Positions 43,901 to 52,452 of a stretch of 64,000 nt of DNA are shown here, one piece after another. Position 1 is the stretch's first letter. The number at the start of each line of letters is the position of its first letter. The position numbers and the translations under genes were made by a program. The notes beneath the pieces are model-generated. The model saw nothing but the letters and a program-made list of their open reading frames with translations. It ran no database searches and was not told the origin of the DNA. This DNA is from Polyangiales bacterium (GTDB lineage: Bacteria > Myxococcota_A > Polyangia > Polyangiales > Polyangiaceae): assembly GCA_038230375.1 (NCBI GenBank), contig JBBRNJ010000004.1:64001-128000 (forward strand). Reading direction: 5' to 3'.

Positions 43901-46900
43901 GAACGACGCCCCGCTGCGTGAGCGCGCGCGCGATGCGGTCCGCGTGCGCGTCCACCTCCGCGAACGTGAGGCTGCCGCCCGCGTCCACCACGGCCACGTC
44001 GCCGGGCCGCTGCTTCACGTGGCGCGCGAACAGATCCGGCAACGTGCGCGTCAGGTCCACGGGAACGTCGGTGCGGTTGAAGTCCGTGAGCAGGATCTCC
44101 CGCTCCCAGGGCTGCAGCATCGCGAAGTCACGCACGCGCGCGTCGGCGTTGCGCGCCGCCTCTTCCAGGATGGAGCGCAGGTGTCCCAGGAAGCGCTCCG
44201 CCGTGGCGCGCCGGAACAGCTTGGTTGCATAGTGGAGCACGAGCTTCTTGCCCTGCTTGGTGCTCTGCACCGTGAGCTCCAGATCGAACTTGCAGGAGGT
44301 CTGCGTGGGCGGCACCTCGGTCAGCCCGAACACGGACCCAGGCATGGTGACGATCTCCTCGTCCTCCCATGCGAAGAGCACATCGAAGAGCGGATTGCGC
44401 GAGGGGTCGCGCGCCAGGCCAAGGTCCGTCACCAGCTCGTTCAGCTGGTACGACTGCCGCTCGAACGCAGCGAACGCAGCATGGCCGGTGCGCACGGCGA
44501 GGTCTGTGAACGACTCCTCTGCCGTCAGCGTCATGCGCAGCGGCAGCGTGTTCACGAACATGCCCACCATGCCGTCCGTCCCAGGCGTGTTGCGACCGGA
44601 CGCGGGCACACCGATCACGAGATCAGGCGTATTTCCCAGGCGCGAGAGCGTGACGCCGAACGCTGCCAGGAAGACGGCGAGCTGCGTGACGCCACGTGAA
44701 CTGGCGAGGAGCTCCAGCGGCGCGGTGGTCTCCTTGGAGAGATCGATCGAGATCGAGTCACCGTCGAACGAGATACGCGGCGGCCGATCGAAGTCGTATG
44801 GCAGCTCGAGTGGGTCGGGCGTGGTCGCGAAGCGCTCGAGCCAGAACGCCTTCTCGTCGTCGCGGCGGGCGCGCGCGAGGTCGCTCTTCTCCCACGCCAC
44901 GTAGTCCGCAAACGTGGGCGACGGCGGCGGGGGCGCGCGGTTCTCGTAGAGGGCCTCGAGGTCCTCCAGCAGGAGGCGCACGGACAGGCCGTCTGCCACG
45001 ATGTGATGCACGTCGAGCAGGAGAAGGACGCGCGTCTCGGTCGTTGCAATGGCCGCGCGCAATAGCGGGGCCTTCGAGAGATCGAACGGCTGCACGAAGC
45101 GGCTCATTCGGGCCGCCAGGTTCGCCTCGTCGGTGTCCCACCGGTCCACCGTGAGCGCTGCGTCCTTCGCGAACCACTGCCGCGGGACGGCGCCGTCCAC
45201 GTCGAACGATGCACGCAGCGCGTGGTGACGAGATGGAAGCGTGGCCAGCGCGGCGGCGAGCACATCCAGATCGATGTCCGAGCGCAGCTCCCACGCGAAC
45301 GGGATGTTGTACGCAGTGCTCCACGTGGCCAGCTGCTGCACCGCGAAGATGCGGCTCTGCGACGACGTGAGCGGCAGCGCCACGCCCTCCTCCGCCCTGG
45401 GGAAGTGGATGCGCGAGTCCGGGCCCTTCTCCGCCTCCTCCAGCACCACGGCGACGTCCACGATCGACGAAGCGGCGAGGAACTGCGAGAGCTTCAGATC
45501 GAAGCCTCTTTCCCGGTAGATCGCGGACAGGAGAACCGCCGCCTTGAGCGAGTGTCCACCAAGATCCAGGAACGTGGCCGTGGTGCCGACGAGCTCCTCG
45601 GGGATGCCGAGCACGCTCGCGTAGATGGTGCGCAGCTCCGACTCTGTCTTGGTCTTCGGCAGGATGATCTCGACGGCCTCGAGCTCCACCGGCGGCAGCT
45701 TGCGCTTGTCCACCTTGCCGTTCGCGGTGAGCGGGATCTCCGACAGCTCGACGATGCGGCTCGGCACCATGTATGCGGGCAGCGTGCGACCGAGCTCCTC
45801 CTTGCGCGCGGCTTCCGAACCGGGCTCTCCATTGATGAACGCGACCAGCGACAGATCGCCCGACAGGCGCGGGTTCTCTCGCGCGACAACGACCGCCTCG
45901 CGCACGCCAGGCAGTGCCATGAGCGCCTGCTCGATCTCACCGAGCTCGATGCGGAACCCGCGCACCTTCACCTGCGTGTCGATTCGACCGAGGAATTCCA
46001 GGTTTCCGTCGGGCAGGAAGCGGGCGAGATCGCCTGTGCGGTACATGCGCCGGCCGGCAAGGAGCGGGTTCTCTACGAACTTCTCGGCGGTGAGCGTGGG
46101 CTGATTCAGGTAGCCGCGCGCCATGCTCGCACCAGAGATGCAGAGCTCGCCCGGGACGCCGACGGGACAGATGCGTCCCAGCTTGTCGAGCACGAACACC
46201 TGCGTGTTCCACACGGGCTTGCCGATCGGGATGTTCTCGTACGCCTTGTCCACGCGGAACGCGGTGGTGGCCACCGTGTACTCCGTGGGTCCGTAGCCGT
46301 TGATGATCTCGCAGCGCTCGGTGGGGTGGCTCCGCAGCTTCTCGCCGCCAAGGAACGCGGCGCGCAGCTTGTGCTTCGGCGCGTGACGAAGGAACTGCTC
46401 GCCGAACTGCGTGGGCAAGAACGCAACGGTGACACCGTGCGAGGCAAAGTAGTCGTCGAGCGCGTCGATCGAGAGGCGGATGTCCCTGGGCACGATGACC
46501 AGGCGCGCGCCCGAGATGAACGCGGGGACGATCTCCGCGATGCTCGCATCGAAGCCGAAGCCGGCGTACTTGGACACGCCGTCGGAGCTCGTGATGCGGA
46601 AGTAGTCCGCGTACCAGGCCGAGAAGTTGAGCAGGCCGCGGTGCTCGATGAGCGTGCCCTTCGGCTGACCGGTGGAGCCGGAGGTGTAGATCACGTACGC
46701 GAGATCTGCGCGCGAGACGCCAACGTCCGGCCGTTTTGCGTCGCCGGCGTAGATCGCGGGATCGCCCAGATCCACCGTGTTTCCCGCGAACGCAGACGAC
46801 AGCTCGGGGTCGAGAGCGCCCATGGTGAGCAGCACGCGCGCGCGGCTGTCCTTCAGCATGTACGCCTTGCGCGACAGCGGGTAGTCCGGGTCTATCGGCA

Positions 46901-49900
46901 TGAAGGCGCCGTTGGCCTTCAGCACACCGAGCACGCTGATCAGCATCTCGGGGCAAGGCTCGAGCAGGATGCCGACTATCTCGTCCCTGGTGAGGCCCTG
47001 GGCGCGGAGCGCATTCGCGAGCGCATTTGCGCGGCGATCCACCTCTGCGTAGCTCAGGCTCTTGCCGTTCATGACCACGCACGGCGCATCCGGGGTCGTC
47101 GCTGCGTGCTCCTCGAACACGTGGTGCACCGCGGCCACGCCGGGCAGCGCGTGGTCCGTGTCATTCCAGTCCACGGTGACCCTGCGACGCTCCTCCGCGG
47201 ACAGCGTGTGCAGCTGCGTGACGGGCACGCTGGGGTCCGTGAGGACCTCCTCGACCAGGGCGGCGAGCTCGCGCGCGAACCGCTCCATGGTCTTCTGCTT
47301 GAAGAGGTCCGCGGAGTACTCGAAGCGCAGCGCGTAGCCGGCCGCGGTCTCACGCACCACGAGCACCAGGTCCATGCGCGCGATCCGCTGCGTCAGGCGC
47401 CGCTCTTCGAGGGTCGCGCTCCCACAAGCGTACTTGTCTGGCGTGAGCCCTTCGTACGAGAGCATCGTGTCGAAGAGCGGGTTGCGGCCGGGCAGCGGCT
47501 TCTGGCCCAGGTCCTCCACCAGGTCCTCGAACGGGTATTCGTCGGCCTCGAGCGATGCATGGATCTGCCCCATGGCAGCGCGCAGAAATGCCGCGAAGCT
47601 CACGTCGCGCGAGAGCTTGCCGCGAAAGACCAGCGTGTTGACGAACATGCCCACCGTGCGCTCGAAGTCCGGGTGCGGGCGGCCTGCCGTGGGATAGCCG
47701 AAGAGCACGTCCCCGCTGCCGGACGAGCACGACAGGAACACCGAGTAGACCGCCGCGAAGAACGCGAACGGCGTGGAGTCGTGCGCGCGTGACAGCTGCT
47801 CGATGCGCTCCTTCACCTCATTTGGGAGGTCGATCGTGATCTCCGCCTCTGTCTGCTGGCGCGAGAGCGGGCGACGGAAGTCGTACGGTAGGTCGAGCAC
47901 GGGCAGCTCGTCCTTCATGAGCAGAGACCAGTGCGCGCGCGCGGCGGCCTGGCGCTCCTTGCCCTCCTCGCTCTCGCGCCACACTGCGTAGTCGAAGTAG
48001 CGGAGCGGCGGCGGCGCGGGCTCCTCGCCGCGCAGGAACGCCGACAGATCTTCCATGAGCGCGTCCACCGACATGCCGTCGGTGACGATGTGATGCATGT
48101 CCATGGCAAGGTAGCGAGCGCGCCCCGCCTCCATCATGACGGCGGCGCGGAACAGCGGCGGCCCCTCCAGGATGAACGGGCGCACGAACGCCGCGCAGGC
48201 CTTGTCCAGGCTGATCGCAGCAAGGTCGAAGCGCTCCAGAGCGAAGCGCGGACGCAGCGCGATCTTCTGGAGGATCTGCCCCTCCTGGAAGAAGAACGCG
48301 GTGCGCAGCGACTCGTGGCGGTCGATGAGGGCCGCAAGCACGCGCTCCACGTCGCCCGGATCAAGATCGCCGACGATCTCGTAGAGGAGCGGGATGTTGT
48401 ACGACGTGCTTCGCGGGTTGCCCTGCTGGATGACGTACATGCGCCGCTGCACGCTGGTCGCCGGCAGCGCCAGGCCAACGTCCGCGCGCGGGATCACGTT
48501 GAGACGCGCGCCCTTATGCGCCGCGATCTCCCGCGCGATCTCGCGCACGGTGGGCGCCCGCAAGATGGTGGACGCACGCAGCGTGACGCCCAGCGCCGCT
48601 TGCACGCGCGACACCAGCTGCATCACGAGCAGCGACTGCCCACCCAGCTCGAAGAAGCTTCGCGTGACGCTGATCACGTCCACCGGTATGGCGAGCAGGC
48701 TCGCCCAGATGCCGCGCACCTCCGACTCGAGCTGACTCTCGGGGAGCTCCACGGGCCCCGCCTCGAGCACCGGCGGCGGCAGCTTCTTCTTGTCGATCTT
48801 GCCGGACACCGTCGTGGGCATCTCCGGGAGCTGCATGAAGACGTCGGGCAGCATGTACGGCGCAAGTGTCCGCGCGAGGAAGCCACGGAGTTCCTCGGAC
48901 GACAGCGCACGGCTTGCGACGAAGTGACATGCGATGCGGCGGTTCTCCACGGCGTCGCCAAGCACCGTTGCGGCAGCCGCAACCACCTCTGCATGCCCGC
49001 GCATCGCCGCCTCGATCTCGCCGAGCTCGATGCGGAAGCCGCGCACCTTCACCTGGCTGTCGGCGCGCCCCACGAAATCCAGCATGCCGTCCGCCGTCCA
49101 GAGCACCACGTCGCCCGTGCGATACATGCGGCTTCCGTCGGCCGCGAACGGATCGGGGACGAAGCGCTCCGCCGTCATGTCGGCGCGCCCCAGGTAGCCG
49201 CGCGCAACGCCAGCGCCACCGATGCAAAGCTCGCCGCGCACGCCCTCGGGCACCACGCAGCCGCCCCAGTCGACGACGTAGGCGCGCGTCATGCCGATGG
49301 GATGGCCGATGGGGACGCGGGTCTCGCCGACCTGAGAAGGCAGGACCAGGTTGCGGAGTGAACCCACCGTGGTCTCGGTGGGGCCGTACTCGTTGTAGAG
49401 CCGCACCTTGTCGCTCCACAAACGCGCGAGCGGCACCGGACACGCCTCTCCACCGACGACCACGCGCTTGAGCGACGGCAGCGCGTCCGGCGACAGCCCC
49501 GACAGAAGCCCGGGCACCGTGTCCAGGTGGGTGACGTTCTCCGCCGCGATGAGCGAGGAGAGCGCAGCCGCGTCGAGCAGCAGCTCCTTCTCGACGAGGA
49601 CGAGCTTCGCGCCCGACGTGAGCGCGAGCCAGATCTGATCGATCGATGCGTCGAACGTGTACGACGACGCGAGCAGCACCGCATCGCGCGCGCGCACGCC
49701 AAAATCAGCCTTCTCCGCGAGGATGAAGTGGACGACGTTCCGGTGCTCGATGAGCACACCCTTTGGCTTGCCCGTGGAGCCCGACGTGTAGATCACGTAC
49801 GCAAGGTGCTCCGGCTCCGCGCGGCGCACGGGCCGCACGGACGACAGCGCGCTCCCTTCACGCAACAGCAGCTCATCGACGCACAGGCTCGTGTGCCCTG

Positions 49901-51008
49901 CCGGCACGCTGCGCGCGAGCGACGATACGGTGAGGACGGCCTCTGCGCCGCTGTCGCCGAGCAAGTAGGCGAGCCGATCCTTCGGCGTCTCGGGCTCGAT
50001 CGGCAGGTACGCGCCGCCCGCCTTCAGCACGCCAAGGATGGCGACGATCATCTCCGGCGAACGATCGAAGAGGAGGGCAACGATGGAGTCCGGGCCCACG
50101 CCCTTGTCGATGAGCGCGTTCGCCACCAGGTTCGCGCGCCGCTCCAGCTCCCCGTACGACGTGTACTCACCGCCGAACGCGAGCGCCTGCGCGTCCGGTG
50201 CGAGGTCCACGCGCGCCTCGAAGAGCTCGTGCAGCGTGAACGTTCGCGGCCAGTTGAATGTGGGCATCGAGAACTCGCCCAGGAGCTGCTCCGTGCCCGC
50301 GCGATCGATCAGCGGGATGCGCCCCGTCGGAATGGCAGGGTCCGTAGCGATGGTCTGGAGCACGACCGACAGCGCACGAGCCATGCGCTCCGCGGCCTCT
50401 TGCGAGAAGAGGCTGGTGTCGTACGTGAGCTCGAACGAGGGACGGATCCCCTCGAAGATGGACATGCGGACGTGCAGGTCACCGTCGGCCTGGAGCCCGC
50501 CGAAGCAGTGATCCGCGAGCGGATCATGCGCGGGATCATCGGGGATTGCGAGCGCTGTTGCGATCTCCGCGAACGACACCTCGCCGTGGATGCGCGCCTC
50601 CTCGGCCGCCGCGTGCACGCGGGTCACGAGCTGCGCGAAGGGCTCGTCCATGCGAAGAGCGATGAGCAGCGGCACGCTCTTGGCGCGTAACGCGACCGAG
50701 ACGGACACGTCCAGGTCCGGCGGGTCGTCGCGAAGCTTCATCACGAACGAGAGCGCGTTACCGAGCTTGCCGAGCATGACCGCATACGCGGCGAGCGCGA
50801 CGCTGTCGTCCGTGGTCGCGGTCGAGCGGGCCAGCGCCTGGAGACCTTCCTTCGTCGCCTCGTCCAGCCGTGTCCGCATCTGCACGTGCGAGGGGCTGCG
50901 TATGCTCGGCCGCGGACGATCGCACGGCAGCTCGAGCCGAGGCGGGCGCTCGGCGAGGAGTCGCGCGAAGTACGCGCGATCGACCTCCTTGCGCGTGGCC
51001 TCGGGCAT
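34962..51008 (-). CDS. Five-module NRPS: truncated C-A-T-(C-A-T)x4-thioester reductase
   Basis: 5x YVIYTSGSTG (~49790, 46690, 43615, 40520, 37435); 4x HHIVxDG (~48085, 45000, 41915, 38825); 5x GG[QHN]S T motifs; R domain ILLTGATGFLG and YCRTK; alternative GTG start at 51041. Confidence 0.97.
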   Translation of the reverse strand: MPEATRKEVDRAYFARLLAERPPRLELPCDRPRPSIRSPSHVQMRTRLDEATKEGLQALARSTATTDDSVALAAYAVMLGKLGNALSFVMKLRDDPPDLDVSVSVALRAKSVPLLIALRMDEPFAQLVTRVHAAAEEARIHGEVSFAEIATALAIPDDPAHDPLADHCFGGLQADGDLHVRMSIFEGIRPSFELTYDTSLFSQEAAERMARALSVVLQTIATDPAIPTGRIPLIDRAGTEQLLGEFSMPTFNWPRTFTLHELFEARVDLAPDAQALAFGGEYTSYGELERRANLVANALIDKGVGPDSIVALLFDRSPEMIVAILGVLKAGGAYLPIEPETPKDRLAYLLGDSGAEAVLTVSSLARSVPAGHTSLCVDELLLREGSALSSVRPVRRAEPEHLAYVIYTSGSTGKPKGVLIEHRNVVHFILAEKADFGVRARDAVLLASSYTFDASIDQIWLALTSGAKLVLVEKELLLDAAALSSLIAAENVTHLDTVPGLLSGLSPDALPSLKRVVVGGEACPVPLARLWSDKVRLYNEYGPTETTVGSLRNLVLPSQVGETRVPIGHPIGMTRAYVVDWGGCVVPEGVRGELCIGGAGVARGYLGRADMTAERFVPDPFAADGSRMYRTGDVVLWTADGMLDFVGRADSQVKVRGFRIELGEIEAAMRGHAEVVAAAATVLGDAVENRRIACHFVASRALSSEELRGFLARTLAPYMLPDVFMQLPEMPTTVSGKIDKKKLPPPVLEAGPVELPESQLESEVRGIWASLLAIPVDVISVTRSFFELGGQSLLVMQLVSRVQAALGVTLRASTILRAPTVREIAREIAAHKGARLNVIPRADVGLALPATSVQRRMYVIQQGNPRSTSYNIPLLYEIVGDLDPGDVERVLAALIDRHESLRTAFFFQEGQILQKIALRPRFALERFDLAAISLDKACAAFVRPFILEGPPLFRAAVMMEAGRARYLAMDMHHIVTDGMSVDALMEDLSAFLRGEEPAPPPLRYFDYAVWRESEEGKERQAAARAHWSLLMKDELPVLDLPYDFRRPLSRQQTEAEITIDLPNEVKERIEQLSRAHDSTPFAFFAAVYSVFLSCSSGSGDVLFGYPTAGRPHPDFERTVGMFVNTLVFRGKLSRDVSFAAFLRAAMGQIHASLEADEYPFEDLVEDLGQKPLPGRNPLFDTMLSYEGLTPDKYACGSATLEERRLTQRIARMDLVLVVRETAAGYALRFEYSADLFKQKTMERFARELAALVEEVLTDPSVPVTQLHTLSAEERRRVTVDWNDTDHALPGVAAVHHVFEEHAATTPDAPCVVMNGKSLSYAEVDRRANALANALRAQGLTRDEIVGILLEPCPEMLISVLGVLKANGAFMPIDPDYPLSRKAYMLKDSRARVLLTMGALDPELSSAFAGNTVDLGDPAIYAGDAKRPDVGVSRADLAYVIYTSGSTGQPKGTLIEHRGLLNFSAWYADYFRITSSDGVSKYAGFGFDASIAEIVPAFISGARLVIVPRDIRLSIDALDDYFASHGVTVAFLPTQFGEQFLRHAPKHKLRAAFLGGEKLRSHPTERCEIINGYGPTEYTVATTAFRVDKAYENIPIGKPVWNTQVFVLDKLGRICPVGVPGELCISGASMARGYLNQPTLTAEKFVENPLLAGRRMYRTGDLARFLPDGNLEFLGRIDTQVKVRGFRIELGEIEQALMALPGVREAVVVARENPRLSGDLSLVAFINGEPGSEAARKEELGRTLPAYMVPSRIVELSEIPLTANGKVDKRKLPPVELEAVEIILPKTKTESELRTIYASVLGIPEELVGTTATFLDLGGHSLKAAVLLSAIYRERGFDLKLSQFLAASSIVDVAVVLEEAEKGPDSRIHFPRAEEGVALPLTSSQSRIFAVQQLATWSTAYNIPFAWELRSDIDLDVLAAALATLPSRHHALRASFDVDGAVPRQWFAKDAALTVDRWDTDEANLAARMSRFVQPFDLSKAPLLRAAIATTETRVLLLLDVHHIVADGLSVRLLLEDLEALYENRAPPPPSPTFADYVAWEKSDLARARRDDEKAFWLERFATTPDPLELPYDFDRPPRISFDGDSISIDLSKETTAPLELLASSRGVTQLAVFLAAFGVTLSRLGNTPDLVIGVPASGRNTPGTDGMVGMFVNTLPLRMTLTAEESFTDLAVRTGHAAFAAFERQSYQLNELVTDLGLARDPSRNPLFDVLFAWEDEEIVTMPGSVFGLTEVPPTQTSCKFDLELTVQSTKQGKKLVLHYATKLFRRATAERFLGHLRSILEEAARNADARVRDFAMLQPWEREILLTDFNRTDVPVDLTRTLPDLFARHVKQRPGDVAVVDAGGSLTFAEVDAHADRIARALTQRGVVLGDVVALSVGRTRWLYPAIIGILRAGAGYLPIEPDAPADRALLMIEDSRARALLTDRETYGADPAKVQELSAAVSEPDAGAFPSRALPESIAYVIYTSGSTGKPKGVVIEHRNAVNFIATSEDVLKVRPDDRILLFSSITFDASVAQLGLAFATGARLVVPSKEVLLDHDAFEAFVREHEVTHVDTVPLFLSGFTPKTPLKLRRIVVGGDICPVPTAARWALAQPFYNEYGPTETTITALRHKVSKDDLALSRLPVGRPVANTKIYILDWTRNLAPLGVPGEMYIGGKGVARGYLHNEELTRERFVPSPFADGDRLYRTGDIARWTADGTIDFLGRADNQIKIRGFRIELGEIEAALLRHPDVVEAAVVVFPHGDDKRLCAYVVPRKEVTSAELRSFLARALPSYMVPDAVVSLAALPVLTSGKVDRKRLPEPAFDLATEKDAPASDAEEQLLQIWSDVLRVPRARVPLGKSFFELGGHSLLLMLLITRIHQAFGVRLTPADIFDHPTIRGQAALVAQRDHVTIEPIPRAGAREYYPLSSVQRRLFAIQQANRESVAYNMPTVFEVEGRVTRERLEEVVRALFARHAALRTTFHIVDGEPVAKVHPTVSFSLEIFESDDPTDVVMRQLVQRFDLAKPPLVRVWLVQRSSGASLLVVDFHHIVVDGYSTAILFHEVSEIIRGAPLKELTLDYSDFAVWQQTPESRERIAEQRAFWLALFETPPPQLELPFDFRRPAVRNDEGDLVVVRMTKAEQDALAALSLKKDATLFITLLTSFLYYLSRIGRVDDVVVGVPTSGRVHADLQDVVGMFVNTIPWRMKVPTTGSFLEFLASSKEISLELLSREEYQLEDLLAELGTKAGAQRSNPLFDVMFAYQAREGSVVDAGKVKLHATEFTHHTAKTDLVLSATESAEGLELAFEYPTELFTRATVERLAQGFCTLLRNVIADPEQPLATLEVMTPAEKLQLVTTFNATAHALPDAIAAHHMFEQWVQNTPNAPALVFERSVYSYAEVNRRANAIAEWLVGHGVGRGAVVALLLDPCAEQLPAVLGVLKTGAAFLPIDAEYPAGRQEYMLSDSGALALLSRPDLLTGVSWDGPRLDVTTVEATERHDNNPGVVQEGSDAAYVIYTSGSTGRPKGVVIEHRALMNFSAWHADYFGINQNDGVTRYAGFSFDASISELFPTIISGARLVIIPKDVRLTIEGLDDYLATNKVTIAFLPTQFGEQFLRQATKHSLRAAFLGGEKLRSHPTDRCAIVNTYGPTEYTVVTSAFTVDRAYENIPIGKPVWNSEIFILDAHDRICPLGVAGELCVAGKSIGRGYLNRPELTAEKFVAHAFSPSSTGERMYRTGDLARWLPDGNLEYLGRMDAQVKVRGFRIELGEVEQTLLASPSIEDAVVVPRTDSSGATYLVAYVVPKTVLDLPLVRAEMLRNLPEYMIPAQFCALDALPVTPNGKVDKKALPEVERAAALSLVPAANATEHTLLQIWAKVLGAAPGAMGVTTSFTDLGGHSLKAIALVSEIWKELRTELKVSDIFRHPTVRALSAKIGESTGDGLTSSIDRCIHVGAIPASSVQKRMYLMQQIDKGSVAYNLATLFAVQKGIAKESLASALATLTDRHDAFRSSFFLDADVLMMRTDSRTELPLAELVTTEAERDLAVAGLVLPFDLGEGPLARATYVTTENAAYLFFDMHHIVSDGGSMSQFMDELAKLLSGQRLPPLGRSLRDCAAWEQTVAYRALLTRQKEHWQQAFKDGVPTLDLPADHPRPRELTLEGKTLSTELPQATLNGLRALCQAHGVSLFSLLLTAFDVFLARVGRQEEIILGTPVSGRFHPDMQDVFGMFVNTLVLTCDVDPKRPFMSLCHEVSARSVNAIDNQAYPFGDLVELLGERRRAGHNALFDVMFSLQNVDERADQAESMLAPIAVTNETSKFDLSFSADEAPNGLTLSFEYRTALYDETTIQRWLACMTELLADIVKRPDAPTESLRILTPEDQVLVVSTWNQTARDFPEVTFAHQLFDAAAARFPAHRALVSGATSFTYEEVARMANRLAHRLQAMGVGKGDIVGILAPPCPELFIAELAVMKAGGAFVPLDHRYPLERIEYTLRDSAAKVLLSAPLLDRELDWPGRRLTLDVALFAEGNDALPVTPGDLGNLAYVIYTSGSTGRPKGVAIEHTSMVPYIQRCVDFYGLTEHDHCSKYAGIGFDASIGETFPALSVGAELHMIPDDIRLAPVEIIAWTKRERITYMDLPTPLAEELMLEPRDTPLRWLVVGGDKLRRFHPQTFKLANEYGPTEFTVSATTEVVTAASDNIPIGKPNANARVLILEPTGEPCPPGIAGEICLAGKGMARGYLGSPELTAKKFVEHPLAQGRMYHTGDLGRWLPNGSIEFLGRIDSQVKIRGYRIELGEIEHAMLELPGIASAVVIDRPDAAGDKILVGYYVAAPDVTDLQLREGLARRVPDYMLPTALVRLHEIPLSTSGKVDKKRLPEPELSRALRSIVQPESLAEARVLEALSRAIGRTDFGVTDDFFDFGGNSMKAVAVVTVLAADFKITANDLFRLRTPREIAREIPMQRGDLRGRLLGLAKSMREDAPPDPLTHPDMIRDVEAYRQKVRTYEASPLGHEDVYRNILLTGATGFLGSYLLRDLLARTDAKIHVTMRARTRKEAWDRLQARAEHYFGVGALNAVRRRVILVLSDLSQPDLGMDPSVRDGLARTIDCVIHSAALTKHYGDYSTFVAANVTATENLIALARLASAPFNLVSTTSVGAGDIPNTERALFTELSCDIGQVTPNHYCRTKLLAEKAVIALRDSGHRANIFRVGFLTPDTETLTFQENADDSGFVQQLKSYVTLGVIPIGALIHSFCPVNKVSDAITQLFRRGALASETHHLERFLDETQARSLIAAGKRCRAMEDPDFFELLAERLGDRDVAQAATAILLHDGLLEREASTEAVTLNERTELLLRRIGFTWGTVTPEEVWSLASV

Positions 51009-51091
51009 CCGCGAACTATCCCCAATTTTCGGCAGCACCACAATGGTCCGTCTGGTCTATTCTCCGGACGCCCGCACACGCGAAGGGCCTC

Positions 51092-52447
51092 ATGACCGAA
51101 CAAGAAGACGCCGCGGCTCGGGCCAGTTCAAAACGTGCGGTGTGGGCGCTCGTCGGCGTGGAGACGATCGCGTTCCTCGGCACGGAGATCGCGCGCTTCG
51201 GCGTGTCCGTCTACATCTACCAGGCCACCAAGTCCGTCTACGCGTTCGAGGCGCTTCTCCTTGCGAACACGGTGCCTGGACTCCTCATCTCGCCGCTCGC
51301 TGGCGCCATCGTGGATCGCACCCCGCGCAAGCGCGTGATGATCGGGGCCGCGATCGTGTCGCTCATCGGCACCCTGATCGTCCTCGGCGGCGCGGCGGTG
51401 GACAAGCTGTCGCTGCTGCCCATCGTGCTCGGCGCCATGCTCGCGAGCATGGGCGAAGCGTTTCAGTGGCCTGCGCTCTCCGCTTCCGTCCCGCTGATGT
51501 GCACCGAAGAGGAGCTGCCCCGCTTCAACGGATTCCTGGAGTCGGGACGCGCGGCCAGCATGCTCGCGGGCCCGGTGATCGGTGGCTTCCTGTTTGCGTT
51601 CCTGAAGCTGCCGGGCCTGCTCGCGGTAGAGGTCTGCACCTTCCTCATTGCCATGGGCGTGGTGCTGACGATCACCATCCCACAGCCAGCGAAGATGGAG
51701 CCGGAAGAAGGGCACGCCTCCATGTGGGCGGACTCGGTCTTCGGGGTGAAGTGGATCTGGCAGCGGAAGCCCCTCCTCAAGTTCCTTTCCATCGCCGTGT
51801 TCGCGAACTTCTTCCTCTCCATCGGCATCGTGCTCATGCCGCCGTACGGCCTCAGCGTGCTCTCGGAGAAGTCCTACGGAATCGCCTACGGCCTCTTCGG
51901 CGGCGGGATGATCGTCGGCGGTATCGCCTATGGCTTCCTGGCGGGGCGGTTCAAGAACATCCAGCTCTTCCTCTGGTGCGCGGTCTTCGTGGGCATCGTC
52001 TACACGGGCTACGGCTTCGCGAAGAGCGTCTACACGATCGCCATCCTCAACTTCAGCATCGCGGTGCTGATGACCATCATCGACGCTGGCATCATGACCA
52101 TCTGGCAGCTCCGCGTGCCGGAGGAATACCAGGGCCGCGTGCTTTCCGCAGTTCGCATGGTCGCGTACGCGGCGGGCCCCGTCAGCTATCTCCTTGCCGG
52201 ACCCATCGCGGACACCATGGCGCCACGGCTCTTCGAGGGCGGCGGTGGCCTCGCTACATTCCTCACGCGCACGTGGGGCGCAGAGCAGACGGGCCAGGTC
52301 GGGTTCATCTTCACTTCGATCGGCATCATTCTGTTCATCGGCTTCGCGATGGCGTTCTTCTCGAAGGACGTGCGCAGCGTGGAGCAGGGGCCGGAGGGCG
52401 AAGGCGAGGCGAAGGCCGAGGGTGAGGCTGAGGGGGACGCGGAGTAG
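51092..52447 (+). CDS. MFS efflux transporter (DHA3/macrolide-efflux type)
   Basis: AGAIVDRTPRK motif A, FQWPA, VPEEYQGRV; about 12 TM segments; divergent from the NRPS. Confidence 0.92.
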   Translation: MTEQEDAAARASSKRAVWALVGVETIAFLGTEIARFGVSVYIYQATKSVYAFEALLLANTVPGLLISPLAGAIVDRTPRKRVMIGAAIVSLIGTLIVLGGAAVDKLSLLPIVLGAMLASMGEAFQWPALSASVPLMCTEEELPRFNGFLESGRAASMLAGPVIGGFLFAFLKLPGLLAVEVCTFLIAMGVVLTITIPQPAKMEPEEGHASMWADSVFGVKWIWQRKPLLKFLSIAVFANFFLSIGIVLMPPYGLSVLSEKSYGIAYGLFGGGMIVGGIAYGFLAGRFKNIQLFLWCAVFVGIVYTGYGFAKSVYTIAILNFSIAVLMTIIDAGIMTIWQLRVPEEYQGRVLSAVRMVAYAAGPVSYLLAGPIADTMAPRLFEGGGGLATFLTRTWGAEQTGQVGFIFTSIGIILFIGFAMAFFSKDVRSVEQGPEGEGEAKAEGEAEGDAE

Positions 52448-52452
52448 CGGGG

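Noticed and set aside
39378..44699. 1773-aa plus-strand ORF (and similar 45222-47792, 36792-38201)
   Set aside because: Antisense shadows of the NRPS caused by high-GC codon bias; no recognisable motifs
50590..51091. Long upstream extensions of the MFS ORF (50870) and ORF 50590-52425
   Set aside because: Overlap the NRPS start antisense; transporter-like sequence starts at ATG 51092
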